Notes: generated from the sequence alone by a model not told the origin. A DNA stretch of 64,000 nt from Camelus dromedarius (GCF_036321535.1 NC_087436.1:42286001-42350000); one strand, 5' to 3'. Positions 1 through 12,604 are shown, counted from the stretch's first letter. Made by a program: numbers and translations.

Positions 1-69
1 CACAGAACTGCAAAAAACTCAAAGAATTATCAAGAAAATCTTGAAGAAGAAACTGGCAAGGCAAAAGGC

Positions 70-552
70 ATATGATAATGTATGTAGCAGCCTTACTTGT
101 ATAAGTAAAAACCAGAAACAATCCAAAAATCCATTCACCAGAAGAATATATAAATAAATTGTGTTATATCCCTATTATGGTAACAGCTATTAGAATTTTT
201 TTAAAAACTACTTAGAAATGAAACCAAGGTTGAATCTCATGAATATTTATGGAGCAAAAAAAGACATAAACAAAAGATAACATATTACATGACTTTATAA
301 AGTGTTCAAAAATAAGAAAACTAAACTATGAAGTTCAAAGTCAGTATACTGGCTATACTTGCAAGGGGAGGGAAGAAGTCACAGTTGTGAGTGGCTTACT
401 GGGGGCTTCCAATATTCTTATAATGTTCTACTTCTTGATCAGAGTGAAGGCTACACATATATTTTTTGGTGATAATTTTTTGACTTACACATGTAGTTTC
501 ATGCACCTTATATTTGTACCATATTTCATTAAAAATGTCAAAAATAAAAAAG
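70..552 (+). mobile_element. Old L1 (L1M-type) 3' UTR fragment
   Basis: Typical L1M 3' end text (GCAGCCTTACTTGTATAAGTAAAAACCAGAAACAATCCAAAAATCCATTCACCAGAAGAAT...CTTCTTGATCAGAGTG) ending in an A-rich tail at ~545. Confidence 0.75.
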
Positions 553-644
553 AACCAAAGGAACAAAATTGATGCCAAAGAACTTCTGCTAATTTTTGTA
601 AATAAATTATGGTAAAATGAAACAATAATTAGCAGTAAAATAAA

Positions 645-770
645 TAAGGATTGGAAACAAAGAATGAAATTATTACTGTTAGCAGATTTTATGGTTTTTT
701 ACATAGAAAACCCAAAATAATTTATGGAAAAACTACTAGAGATAATTAATAAAGCTGCCGAGTAACAAAA
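645..770 (+). mobile_element. Degenerate L1 ORF2 reverse-transcriptase fragment
   Basis: TTACTGTTAGCAGATTTTATGGTTTTTTACATAGAAAACCCAAAA reads LLADFMVFYIENPK, a decayed LFADDMIVYIENPK motif. Confidence 0.65.
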
Positions 771-2110
771 TAAAAACTTGGTTTAAATCTTTCATAGTTA
801 ACTCTAATTGAATGTCAGTATGCCTAGATAACAACTTTACAATGCATTTAATAGACATTCAAATATATAGTGAATGAATAGATGAATTGTATTTTCGACA
901 AAAGTGGGGACACTTTTCCTAATTTCTAAACTAAAAGAGTGTGTGTTTGGTCCCTAAATGGTGATACCAAGTTAGTAAAAAAAGAAAGTTAATAAGTTAT
1001 TAGGACACAGTACTGAATTTTACTATTTAAAAATGAAACATAGTTCACTAAAAGCTATTTTCACTCTTATTCAGTGAAATCTTGATAATTTTCAGACTAC
1101 ACCAAACAGAAAAGTATTTGTCTTATTTTGTAGTTCTTGTCAAATTTGAAAAGTTGTATTTTATAAAAGAAAGAGGCTGCTGATATAATCTTGTTTTCAG
1201 TGATCGATTTCAGGTCAAAAATTTTCATTATAACAACATATCTGAAGGTGACCTCTTTTAGTCCATCCTCACTGACTCCATCACATTCAGAACACAGAGG
1301 GCTGATGGTGTAACAAATGATATGGTGTCTCCTGTTGTGAATTAATAATTGGACTCCTTTCTTTTGCCAGTTATCTGCAAAAAAGCAAATTGACTTTGAA
1401 ACCTAGGGAAGAAAAGGGCCAATGATTCAATTTTTCTTATTAATGTTATAATAACATGTGCTTGTGTTAGACAGGTCCATCTAAATCTCCACACTTCATT
1501 TGTTCACTTCAGGCAAATCTGCTGAATCAAGCAAGCGCCCTGCACTGTGAAAGTCAGTGTTTTTTTTTTCAGGTGTGGCATGAAAAAAAAAAGAAGCATA
1601 GAACCAGGAGCTTATATGCAGGTGCAAGATCTAATTAATTTGAGTTGTTGATTTGGTCAGAGGGATACAGTGAAGAATTTAATAGCCTACCTAGAGAAAA
1701 CTGTTCAGAGCTTGTATGACTAGTGAGCTCTCAAAATCTAACATAAAATGTATAAAAGAGAAACAGTTTTGTCTCCTCGGTACCTTTCTGGGCTCTCAAG
1801 TGGAACTCTTAACAATGTAAAAACTTCAATTCCTATTTTCATTTACACATTCTACCGATGTTTAGCCACAAGGGGCCAACATCTAGAAATTACCACTAGG
1901 ATGATTTTATATTTATTTTTTGAAAACAAAGACTTATTCACAATATACTGGAAAACATAGGTAAGAAAATATAAAGAATTCACCCCAAATCTTTTAGATT
2001 CAAGAAAGCTGCATTTTGGAATGTTCCCATTCTCTATGTGTTGGAGATACGGATTGGGGCACACTTCTCCACAAGACCAGAAATGACTTTTTAAAGAAGT
2101 CAGAGTCAAA

Positions 2111-2290
2111 GGGGGAGGATACAGCTCTGTGGTAGAGTGTGTGCTTAGCATGCAGGAGGTCCTGGGTTCAATCCTCAGTACCTCTATTAAAGCAAACAAA
2201 TAAACAAACACACAAACAAACCTAATAACCTCCCCCTAAACAAAACAAATAAATAAAAACAAAAAATGATAATAAACTTTATTTAAAAAT
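2111..2290 (+). mobile_element. tRNA-Ala-derived SINE, camelid Vic-1 type
   Basis: Head GGGGGAGGATACAGCTCTGTGGTAGAG...CTTAGCATGCAGGAGGTCCTGGGTTCAATCC has A-box and B-box and an AGC anticodon-like loop. The tail has CCTAATAACCTCCCCC and A-rich repeats. TSD AAAGAAGTCAGAGT at 2093-2106 and 2291-2304. Confidence 0.9.
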
Positions 2291-2679
2291 AAAGAAGTCA
2301 GAGTTAGTTCAAGAGGAATTGTTTGTGTGTGTGTGGCAATTACAGCTTAGGCCTATGCTAAGTGAAAGAAACTCTTAACATTATTTCCTTTGAAGTTTTA
2401 TCCATAAGTTTCTTCGGGAAGCAAAGTCTGCACCAACCTCTGGTCTCCCAAGTAGCTGTCTGCAGGGGTGACTCTGCCTGCCCTCTTGTCACTAGATACA
2501 CTGCTGGTCTGCTTGGTACTGTGACTTCTCAGTTCTCAAAATATCAATCACAATGCTTATCTTCATCAGCTGAGATATAATGTTAAGAGATTTCTTTTGT
2601 TGTCTAAGAAGATGTGTCATTGTGGATTAAACTTTTAACAGTGTCTGTTGCCATCATGTGAGGTGGACAACTAGTTTAC

Positions 2680-2785
2680 CTTTATTTATTCATTCATTTA
2701 CTTATTAAAATATTGAGAGTCTACTATGTGTTAGACCCTGTTCCAGTGGCAAAGGCTACAGAAGCAAACAAAACAGATCTCTCAA
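2680..2785 (-). mobile_element. L2 3' end remnant
   Basis: TTTATTCATTCATT tail followed by TATTGAGAGTCTACTATGTG...AAACAAAACAGA, typical of an antisense L2 end. Confidence 0.6.
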
Positions 2786-3143
2786 GATTAATGCTTCAAA
2801 AAAGTATAAAAATTATTCTGGCTTTTAATATTCAAGTAAAACTGAGACTGGTCTGGGTTTATTCCTTTGTGTCCAGATACTTCTTGACTAGTTTTAAATC
2901 CTTATCATTCAAATACTTAAACAGGGAAGTTAGGTTTCCTTACATTAACATGTGCAATCTCAACCAAGGTAGTCAGGTATCTTTTTAAGAAATGGACTCT
3001 GTCACCTACGTTTTCACCCTCATCACTACCAATCTTCCTCAAGAATCTCATTCTTTAGCCAAACTGTGATCTTTCAACTTCCTGACCTTGCCTGTGAATA
3101 GATAAGACATAAATTGAGGATTGGAAAAGAGAAGGGTAACCTA

Positions 3144-3545
3144 TGTTAAAGAAAATATATATATTTTCTTGAATATATATATTCAATGACACTCATTAAG
3201 ACAGTAAGGCAGGCTTTATGCAGGGCTGTCATGATAGTCATAGGGATCACTGCAGTGGGGTTTTACAGTTGGCAAGAGAGATGGGTTCAATTCTGAATAT
3301 AGGATGGGCAAGTGGGAATTTATAGGCAGGAGTGGAATGGGGATCAGTGGATGGGAAATTATTCTGAGGGAACATGAGGATAAGGGGGAATTTATCCAAA
3401 CCTACCTAACAGAATCCTTGGTGAAGACAGGCCAGGGTGATCAGATATTGAGAGAAGGGAGTTCTGATCAACCATCTTAACAGGGTTCCTGCTAAAACTA
3501 AATTTTACAAGAAAGTGCATGGAAGGGCCTAGGAGAATCAGTGGA
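3144..3545 (-). mobile_element. Old ERV1-class solo LTR (MER31/MER67-like)
   Basis: Begins TGTTAAAGAAAA...ATTCAATGACACTC...GGGCAAGTGGGAATTTATAG, resembling the reverse strand of eutherian ERV1 LTRs. Right boundary approximate. Confidence 0.6.
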
Positions 3546-3839
3546 GATACAGCCGCCCTTAATTTTCTTTCCAGTTCTTGATAAAGAACCATATTTTAAA
3601 GAAGAAAAAACCTGTAATACCACATTTATTCTGTGGATATACTAATTAAGGGGGCATTAAAATAAGACTAGAAAAGTTTTACCTGGCAGACATTAAAATA
3701 TGGTTGAAGGTGCAAAATATTTGTTAGGGATCAATAAATCAATAAACCTCCAAAGAGAAGGAAGGAAGGAGGACTGGCAGACAAAGAAGACAACCTAGGA
3801 GGCAAGTCAACCAAAGCTTTGCAAAAAGAGCAAGGAGTT

Positions 3840-4620
3840 CTTACCAACCACATCAATAAATACATTAGGGTAAGTGATTTAGACCTCTAATTATAAGGCA
3901 AATTGAGAGACTAGATAAAAAAGGAAGGCCTCACTCTACTACTTGCAAAAGACCCACTTTACCTATAAAAACACAGGCAATCTGAAAGTAAAATGTCGGG
4001 AAAAGATAACCAATGTAAACACTATTCATAAAGATGATGGTGTAGACATATTAATGTCAAAAAGAGTAGGCTGTAGGATTCAGAGTGATAGCAGAGACAA
4101 AGTAGGACATTTCAAAATGATAAAACAGGCCAGTTCATTAGAAAGATATAACAGACATCATGTTAGACCTTTAAACATATCAAACCAAAACTGACAGGAA
4201 TAAAGGGAGAACTATGCAAACCCATAAACTTGGGTGGACATTTCAACTCCCTTCTCTCAGTAATTGATAGAATGAATAAATCATGAGTAAGGATATAGAA
4301 GATCTGATCAACATTAGCAATCAACTTGATCAAATTAGTAATTATAGAACAGCACACAATGCAGAATAAACATTGGTATTGGCTTCTACATGGAATGGTT
4401 ACTAAGATAAACAATAGGTTAGACAATAAATGACTCTCAGTAAATTTCAAAATTGAAGCCTTAGATAGTATGTTCCCATACCCCAAAGGTATTAAATGAA
4501 ATATCAATAACAAAAAGATTTCCAAGAAAGCACCAAATATTTTGAAATTATACAGCATACTTCTAAATAACCCAACAATCAAATAAGTCACAAGGCAAAA
4601 TTTTAAAAATCAGTGAAAAC
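3840..4620 (+). mobile_element. Old L1 ORF2 endonuclease region (host element, left part)
   Basis: ORF 3943-4194 (QKTHFTYKNTGNLKVK...RDKVGHFKMIK) and GGACATTTCAACTCCCTTCTCTCAG (GDFNTPLS-like) match the L1 APE domain. Many frameshifts and stops. Confidence 0.85.
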
Positions 4621-5378
4621 AGAGTGACATCAGCAAATATGGCAGAAAAAGTAGGTCCTCTGCAAAAACACTGCAAAACTGAGTGAAAATTGCTAGAATC
4701 AAATGAAGAACTCTGGGAAATAGTAAAAGGTTTTACAGCAACAAAACAAATGATGATCAAGAAAAGGCAACTTTAAAGTAGCAGGAAAGTCCTGTGACAT
4801 TTTCCTTGATCTTGCCCCACTCATTCCTCAGCTCAGTTATGTTCCCAGTTTGAGAACTTTGTCCCTGGTCTGGAATGATCAGAGCAGACCTTATTCTCAG
4901 AGAACAGTGTTTTGTTTCTACGTGCCTTGGGGCTACCTGAAGGAATGAGGCCTTTGTTTCTCCCAACTCAGAACTGTCTCGAGGTAGAAAAGTGTCTTCA
5001 GAGAAGGCATGCCTAGAAAACATTGGAAGGCAATTAGACAACTCACTGCCACTACTGCATGAGGCAAAAGGTTACAATTGAGGCAAACAATAGACATGCA
5101 TGGGAGGAAAAGCTGGGAAGAAAATTAATTTTGGAGATTGGGGCACCAAAAAGCACTTGCATATACAAGGAATTTAGAAAGCCACACACATGTCCAGGTT
5201 AAGATGTATGCTCAGAAAAAATCCAGTAAGACGCTAAGCTTTTATCTCTTGCTAACCGTTATGCTCAGCACAAGCAAGAACTGAAGGCTAAGGAAGAGTT
5301 GCAAACAGCCTGGCTAAGCTTTGAGGGGGTGCGATGACACAGAGCCAATCTGCAGAGACTGGGAGAATTGCTTTGCAT

Positions 5379-5454
5379 GTTTTCTTTTCTTTTCTTCTTT
5401 CTTTTTGCTCTTTTGTTCTTTCTTTCTTTTTCTTTTTCTTTTTTTCCTTTTTTC
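5379..5454. repeat. Polypyrimidine (T/C-rich) low-complexity tract
   Basis: Near-pure TTTC/TTTTC run. Confidence 0.85.
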
Positions 5455-5651
5455 ATGAATGTGGATCCAGGCATTCAAGGACATTTCTGTTAAAACACTA
5501 GCTGACCATAAGGTAAAGGAACCAAGACCACACATGACAAAAGGTAGTTTACAAAAAAACTTTTACAAAACCCATTTAGAAAAGTCAATAAACAAACAAC
5601 TACAACTCACCGCAAACAATGAAAACATACCCTGAGAAGGGTAAATAATAT

Positions 5652-6288
5652 TGAGACAGGAAGAGGGCAGGGCACAGCCATTCAAGGAATGCTATAGCAA
5701 TTAACATCAAAATGGTGAAAGATTCAACCCCCAGTAGGCCTTGAGGCTCAGGATAATGAGAGATTTAACTTCTAGTAGATCTTGAGCTTCATTATATGCT
5801 CATTGTAATACATTAACATGGTGAATAACATGCCCACAGGCACTGTGGTAGTCCCAAGGCTAGCCACAAAAGGTCAAAGAGTGGGAAATGGCCAACTTCC
5901 TGGGAATCTCAGCCCCTTCCCCAGGCTACTTAGACTGGTCCTTCCACTTATTAGCATATGAAGCCAACAAAGCCCATAAAAACTGGCAACACAGCGCCTC
6001 GAGGCCGAGCGAGCACGCTCTCTCTCTCTCTTCAGAGACGGCCCACATTCTGTCTATGGAATGGGTACCTACTTTTAATCTGAGCACCCAGCCCCCACAC
6101 CTCGTGGCCTTTCTCTTGACTTTCAATGTATCTCTCTGAATAAATCTACCTTTACTCAACCGTGGCTTGCTCTTGAATTCTTTTCTGGGAGAAGCCAAGG
6201 ACCCACACTTGGCAGGGCACATCCCAGGGACTCAACTGAAGCTTGGGACACGGCCCTTCTCACGCCCTACATCTGTTTTCCTGCATCA
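5652..6288 (+). mobile_element. ERV1 solo LTR (MER41-like) inserted in the L1 5' region
   Basis: TG...CA termini (TGAGACAGG...TTTCCTGCATCA), 4-bp TSD ATAT/GTAT (one mismatch), TATA-like CATAAAA at ~5975 and AATAAA at 6139-6144. Confidence 0.85.
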
Positions 6289-6720
6289 GTATGACTTCCA
6301 GATTTACCACATTATACTATCCAAATGTCCAGTTTTTAACAGCAATAATAACAGAAAGATGAATCATGGAAAGAGACAAGGAAGTAGAGCCCATTCACAG
6401 GAGAAACTAACAGAAACTGTCACTGCGGAAGCACAAATTAGAATTACTAGAAAATACTTTAAATCAACTGTCTTAAGTATGCTCAAAGAGCTCAAAGAAG
6501 CCATGGACAGAGACAAATGAAATCAGGGTAATGACTGAACAACAACAAAAGAATATAAACAAAGAGATAGAAATTTTAAAAGTAGTCCAAACATAAATTC
6601 TGAAGCTTAAAAGTATAGTAGCTGAAATTAAAAATTCACCAGTGTTTCAATAGCAGATTGAATAGGCAAAGAAAAAAAATTAGTGAATTTTAAGATAGGC
6701 CAATCAAAATTTTCCAGTCT

Positions 6721-6838
6721 GAGGAAAAGAAAGAAGAAAAAGAGGGGGGAAAAGAAAGAAAAAAAAAAAAAAAAGAAAAAAGAAAAAGAAAGAAAAAAAG
6801 GAAAAAAGAAAAAAGAAAAGGAAAAAAAAGAGGAAAAA
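6721..6838. repeat. Polypurine (A/G) low-complexity tract inside L1 ORF1
   Basis: Purine-only run of about 117 nt (GAGGAAAAGAAAGAAG...GAGGAAAAA). Confidence 0.9.
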
Positions 6839-9800
6839 TGCACAAAGCCTAACAGATCAAACTTACCAGCATACATATAATGGGAAAGCCAAAGGAGAGG
6901 AGAGAAAGGGACAGAAAGAATATTTGAAGAAATAATGGCTGAAAAGTTGCCAAATTTGATAAAAGAAATGGATCTACACATCCAAGAAGCTCAGCAAACT
7001 CCAAGAAAGGTAAATGCAAAGAGATCTACCTGGATAAAAATTATAATCAAACTGTCAAAAGATAAAGAAAAAAAAAATCTCAAAAGCAGTAAGAGAAAAA
7101 ATTCATCAGATTTAACAAACTCTTAGTATGATAAACTTATAAATGAAATAGAGAACAGAAAAATAGCAGAGAAAACCAACCAAATCAAAAGTTGGCTCTT
7201 TGAGAAGATTAACAAAATTGACAAACTTTTAACTAGAGTGATTAAGAAAGGGAGAAGACTCAAATTATTAAAATCAGAAATGAAAAGTAGAAACATTGCT
7301 ACTGACCTTGCAGAAATAAAAAAGACTATAAGAGAATACTATGAACAATTATATGCTGACAAATTAGACAGCCTTGATGAAATGGCAAATTTCTGTAAAC
7401 ACATGAACTATCAAAACTGATGCAATACATGATAGAAATCCAAACAATGTAACAAATAATGAGATTGGATCAGTAATTTAAAAACTTTCCAACAAAGATA
7501 GCCAAGGACCAAATAACCTCACTAGTAAATTCTACCAATTATTTAGAGAAATAACAATCCTACTCAAACTATTCTAAAAGGTAGAAGAGGAGAGAATACT
7601 TCTTAACTCATTCCATGAGGTCAACATTACCCTGATACTAAAGCCAAACAATAATACCACAAGGAAAGAAAACAAAAGACAAATATCTCTTATGAATATA
7701 GATAGAAAAATTCTCAACAAAATACTGGCAAACTGAATCCAACATCATATTAAAAGGATTATGCAATGTGACCAAGTGGGATTTTTTTCTCCTCAGGAAT
7801 GCAGCTGTGGTATATCATTTTAAAATAAACCAATATAAATATAAATTAATGGAATGAAGGGGGAAAAAGCATAATCATCTCAATGCAGAAAAAAAATTTG
7901 ACAAAATCCAACACTTTTTTCATCATAAAAACTCTAAAGCTAAAATAGCCATGTTAAAGGACATTTATGAAAAACTCACAGCTAACATGTTTAATGGAGA
8001 AAGACTGAAAGTCTTAAGATTGGAAACAAGACAAGGATGCTTGTTTTCACCATTTCTGTTCAAAACTGTACTGGAAGTTCTAGCCAGAGCAATTAGATAA
8101 GAAAAAGGAATAAAAGCATTCAAAGTGGTATGGAAGAAGCAAACTATTCTTATTTACAGCAGACATGATCTTATATATAGGAAATTCTAGAGAATCCACA
8201 TACACAAACTATTAGAGCTTATAAATAAACTTTGTAAAGTTGCCCCCAAACTCATTTGTATTTGTATAAATTAACAATGAATATCCAAAAGGAGATTAAG
8301 CAAACAATATCTTTTATAATAGCATCCAAAAGAATAAGACACCTAGAAAAAATTTAATGAAGGAAGTCCAAGACTTGTGTACTGAAAACTATAAAATATT
8401 GATGAAATTGAAGACAACCAAAATAAATAAATGGACAGACTTCCTGTGTTCATGGACTGTAAGACTTGATATTGTTAGATGGTAACATTTCCCAAGCAAT
8501 CTACATATTCAATATAATTTCTCTTAAAATTCTAATGGCCTTTTTTTTCCACCAGAAACAGAAAAGCTGACCCTCAAATTCCTACAGAATTGCATGGGTC
8601 CTTGAATAGCCAGACCATCTTGAAGAAGAACAAAGTTGAACATTTCTGATTTCAAAACTTACTACAGAGGTACAGTGATCAAGACAGTGTGGGACTGGCA
8701 TAAGGATAAACACAGAGCAGTGGAATAGAATTGAGAGTCCAGAAGTTGTCACACACTTGTGGCAAATTGACTTTTGACAAGGTGTAAATGAGAAACTAAC
8801 AGTCTCTTCAACAAGTGATGCTGGGACAAATGGAAATCCACATGCAGAAGAATGAAGTTGGACTCCTATCTTACAACACACACACACAAAACTTTACCCA
8901 AAGGTGATCAAGTACCTAAATATAAGAACTAAAATTATACAACTTTTAAAAAACACATACAACAGGGGTAAATCTTCATGACTTTGGATTTGGCACTGGA
9001 ATTTTGAATATGACACCAAAACAACAACAAAAAATATAGATAGATTGTACCTTACCAAAATTAGAAACTTTGGTACAGACATTATCAATGAAGTGAAAGA
9101 CAATGCACTGAGTGGAAGAAAATGTTTGTAAATTATATATCTGATGCCAGTCTGTAATTCAGAATAGAGAACTCTTATAACACAACAACAATAGCAAAAG
9201 ACAAACAGCCCAATATAAACAGGGTCAAGAGATCTGAATAGACATTTCCTGCAAGAAGATACACAAATGGCCAAGCAAAACATGAAAAGATGCCCAATAT
9301 TATTAGTCATTAAGTACTTACAAATCAAAATCACAATGAGATACCACATCACACTCATTAGATTGGCTATTACTCAAACAAAGCAAAACAAAACAAAACA
9401 AAACAGAAAACAAGTGTTGATGAAGATGTGGAGAAATTGGAATATTCATAAATTGTTGTCAGGAATGTGAATGGTGCAGCCACTGCAGAAAGCAGCTGAA
9501 TTATCAAATGACCCAGCAATTTTACTCCTAGGCCAATACCCCAAAGAACTAAAACAAAGTACTCAGACACATACTTTTACATGAATACTCTTGGCAGCAT
9601 TATTCACAATAGTTGAAAGGTGGAAAAAACCCACATGTCCATCAACTGATGAATGGATAAATGACATGGAATATTATTCAGACATGAAAAGGGATTAAAT
9701 ACTAATATGTGCTAAAATGTGGATGAACCTTGAAAATATGCTAAGGGAAGGAAGTCAGACACGCGAAAAAGACTCATATACTGTATAAACATATTTACAT

Positions 9801-10029
9801 GAAATATCCAGAATAGGAAAATCTGTAAAGGCAGAAAGCTGATTGGTGATTGCCAGGGCCTTGGGGAGAAGGCGGAAATGGGAAGGAAGTGCTTTATAGG
9901 TACAGGGGTTTCTCTTGAAGAGACAATTTTTCAACTTGATAGATGTGGTAGTCACAAAACATTAATAATGTACTAAATGCCACTGAATTGTACACTTCAA
10001 AGTGGTTCATTTTATGTTATAGGAATAAT

Positions 10030-10370
10030 AGAATATTATAACGAACTTTGCCAATAAATTTGATGATTTAGGTGGAATGGAGAAGTATCATGGTAAACAC
10101 AACTTACCAAACCTGACAAAAGAAGAAGTAGAAAATCTGAATAGCTCTGCATCTTTTTAAAAAATGGAATCCATTACCAAAACCTTCTCACAGAGAAAAT
10201 AGTCACCCATATGGTTTTAGTGCTGAAATCTATAGATCAGAAATAATGTCTACTGCAAACTTTTTTAGAAAATAGAGGTAGAGTTAGCAAATTCCAACTT
10301 GTTTTATGTGAGTGGCATAACCCTAATGTGACAGAGATATTACAGAAAAATCATAGAACAACTTCATGTA
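10030..10370 (+). mobile_element. Old L1 ORF2 fragment (probable right part of the host element)
   Basis: GAATATTATAACGAACTTTGCCAATAAATTTGATGATTTAGGTGGAATGG...ACAAAAGAAGAAGTAGAAAATCTGAATAG matches the L1 ORF2 Z-domain region and follows directly after the 3' end of the inner L1. Confidence 0.8.
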
Positions 10371-12281
10371 AAATGAAGAGCTTCTAGTCTTGACATCTGT
10401 TCGCATTTGATAGTTGTTATAAGGACTGGAATGCTATAAATCATTCTCCCACAATATGAAATATTTTTCATCAAATATCTCAGGAATGCTCAATACCTGG
10501 AAGAGGTATTCCTAATAGACTGCAAGGGGAAAAATTTCGAGAAATACAAGTTTCTGTCTGTTAGTCAGACATAACTAACATTACACTGTAGAGAAGCAAG
10601 AAGTCTAGGGACAGTCACATTGTAACACAAGCCACAGGCAGAGAATTTAATAATTTCATTACACACCATAGTTTAACATAGCAGTAGGAGTCCAAGACTA
10701 TTAATGTCTCAACAACTTAAAAGGTGCGTCTTCACTCAGCAGATGCTAAAGAACAAGGTGTGCTCTGGGAAAAACATGCCCATAACTGAGTGCTCATACA
10801 TTTTAAATCTAGATAAGGCTAAGAATAAGGGCCAAAGAGAGCCGGTATATCATACCACTAAATCTTATTAGCAGAGTTCCAAAATGGGAAAATAAATCCA
10901 TTTAAAACAGTACCTGTTATTGTCTAGTTGATGACTCTTCTCCTTGATGGATAATTTTAAGAGTCCATTAAAAGAATTCCTACATTAAGACAAACCTATT
11001 GTCAACATTTCTTCCCTGTGAGGTTGTAAAAATGTAATACCATCTTATTAATTCTTATTACACATCTGAGTATATTTGATGAGTAAAGAGGGAGTTGAAT
11101 TAACGTTTACGACTCTTGCAAAGATTTTACTATTTCTTCATTGAATCAGCACTTGGTTAAATCCTACTTATTTATTGCTTTCAACAACTCCTTTCAAGAT
11201 ACACACTCCAGGGCTCTTTATTGCTTTTATTTATGAAATATATTTGTGAAAACCTTTCCATTGTGTCTACATTTTCTTCATCCTCAAATAACGTTATCGT
11301 GAATACAGTCTTGCTAAATTTGTTAAGAACTATTTCACTCCTTTATGATATAGTTTATCTTCATATGTGGCCAAAGCAAGACATCCCTTTGTAATGTCCT
11401 TATTAAACTTTCACTGGATAGAAAAATAAATATCTATCCATATCTATGCCTATTAAGCTGAAGCCCTTGAAACCATTGGTAGGATGAATAAGGCAAGTCA
11501 TAGATTAGAGACACTAGTAAGTTTATTAAAATTCTACTCTGTTGAAAACGTAACCTAGAATATTGCCCAGACAGGGATAACAGGAGTCAACTCCTGTTAT
11601 GTAGATGAAATGAATGTCTACTTTGATGTTACCCATATAAATAATATTTTTTCTTGCCTCTGTTTTCATATACAGAAATCATTATCCAATATGCCAACCT
11701 CTCTTACCACACATCTTATTGCCACATAACTTATTTCTTAAGCAAGTCAAATTGCAGCACAATAAGGCAACTCATAAACTCACTTTAAACAGTTTTTATT
11801 TTTACTCATCCTGTGTTCATGTCCTTGTTCCTCTTTTCTTGCATATATTGGGCGCATCTGACCTTCCCCATATTCACTCACGACATTTTCCCTGTAGCTC
11901 TGTGTGTTAATGACTGCTAGCACATGCAAATATGTGTGCAATGAAACATAAGGTCCTGTCTATTGTCATCTCTGCCTATTTCTACCTTTTTTCTGGTTTT
12001 ACTCCTATTTCAATTCAAGCCAGAGACACTTTACTTACATATTCTGATCAGTCAGGAAGTCTGCTTTTTTGAGTGACTCATTTTCTCTGTGTTTTCCCAT
12101 TCCTCAGCTAGCTGCTTCTTGGACCCTTCCAAAAACATCACTCTATCATACTGTCTTCTGCAACTTCTCTAAAAGCTTCTTGATTCTCATTTTAATTCTC
12201 TATCTCAGGAGAGGCCTGATCCTTTTCCAGTTCAGCTCTAAGAAAGTCAGGGAAAATTTTGTCCTTAAGAGGGATCTAGTT

Positions 12282-12604
12282 CAGGGCTCAGTAAACTAGG
12301 GCTTGCTGGTCAAATCCAACCTGTAGCTGGCACAGCTCATGAGATAGAAATACTTTCTATGTTTTTAAATGATTGGGAAAGAAATCAAAACAAAATAGTT
12401 CATGACATAAAAAATTGTATGACATTTAAATTTCAGTGTCTGTAAATAAAGTGTTAGTGGAATCCAGCCATGCCCATCCACATATTTTGTCTGGCTGCTT
12501 CTGCACTAAGACAGCACAGTTGAAAAACTGCCGACAGACACTGAGTAGGCTGCAAAGCCTGAAATAATAATTACTGTTTGTAGAAAAAAGTTTGCCAATC
12601 CCTG
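12282..12604. mobile_element. hAT-Charlie MITE (MER58-like)
   Basis: Degenerate TIRs CAGGGCTCAGTAAAC / GTTTGCCAATCCCTG and 8-bp TSD ATCTAGTT/ATCTAGAT matching the Charlie NTCTAGAN target. Confidence 0.85.

Larger units (their letters stand above)
4621..10025 (+). mobile_element. Long L1 (L1MA/L1MB-like): 5' UTR, ORF1, internally deleted ORF2 and 3' UTR; inactive
   Basis: 5' start GACATCAGCAAATATGGCAGA. ORF1 relic MAEKLPNLIKEMDLHIQEAQQTP (6935-7126) joins ORF2 IREYYEQLYADKLDSLDEM (7238-7420). RT motif relic at ~8145-8180, C-terminal TMRYHITLIRLA (~9330), and an L1MB-like 3' end ...GCCACTGAATTGTACACTTCAAAGTGGTTCATTTTATG. Confidence 0.9.

Noticed and set aside
1097..1402. 101-codon stop-free minus-strand frame after a good acceptor (VSKSICFFADNWQKKGVQLL...)
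   Set aside because: No recognisable homology, and several stop-free frames of this length are expected by chance across six frames of 64 kb.
2111..2183. tRNA-Ala gene
   Set aside because: Stems are degenerate, and the A-rich tail and TSD show it is a SINE.
5265..6981. Poly-Lys and poly-Phe ORFs
   Set aside because: These are translations of low-complexity A-rich or T-rich tracts.
6935..9470. Functional L1 ORF1/ORF2
   Set aside because: Numerous stops and frameshifts, a deleted endonuclease and a mutated RT motif.
10400..11560. Possible decayed transposase or pseudogene on the minus strand
   Set aside because: Only short peptide-like stretches broken by stops, with no motif I could identify. 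A tBLASTx or Dfam search would be needed.
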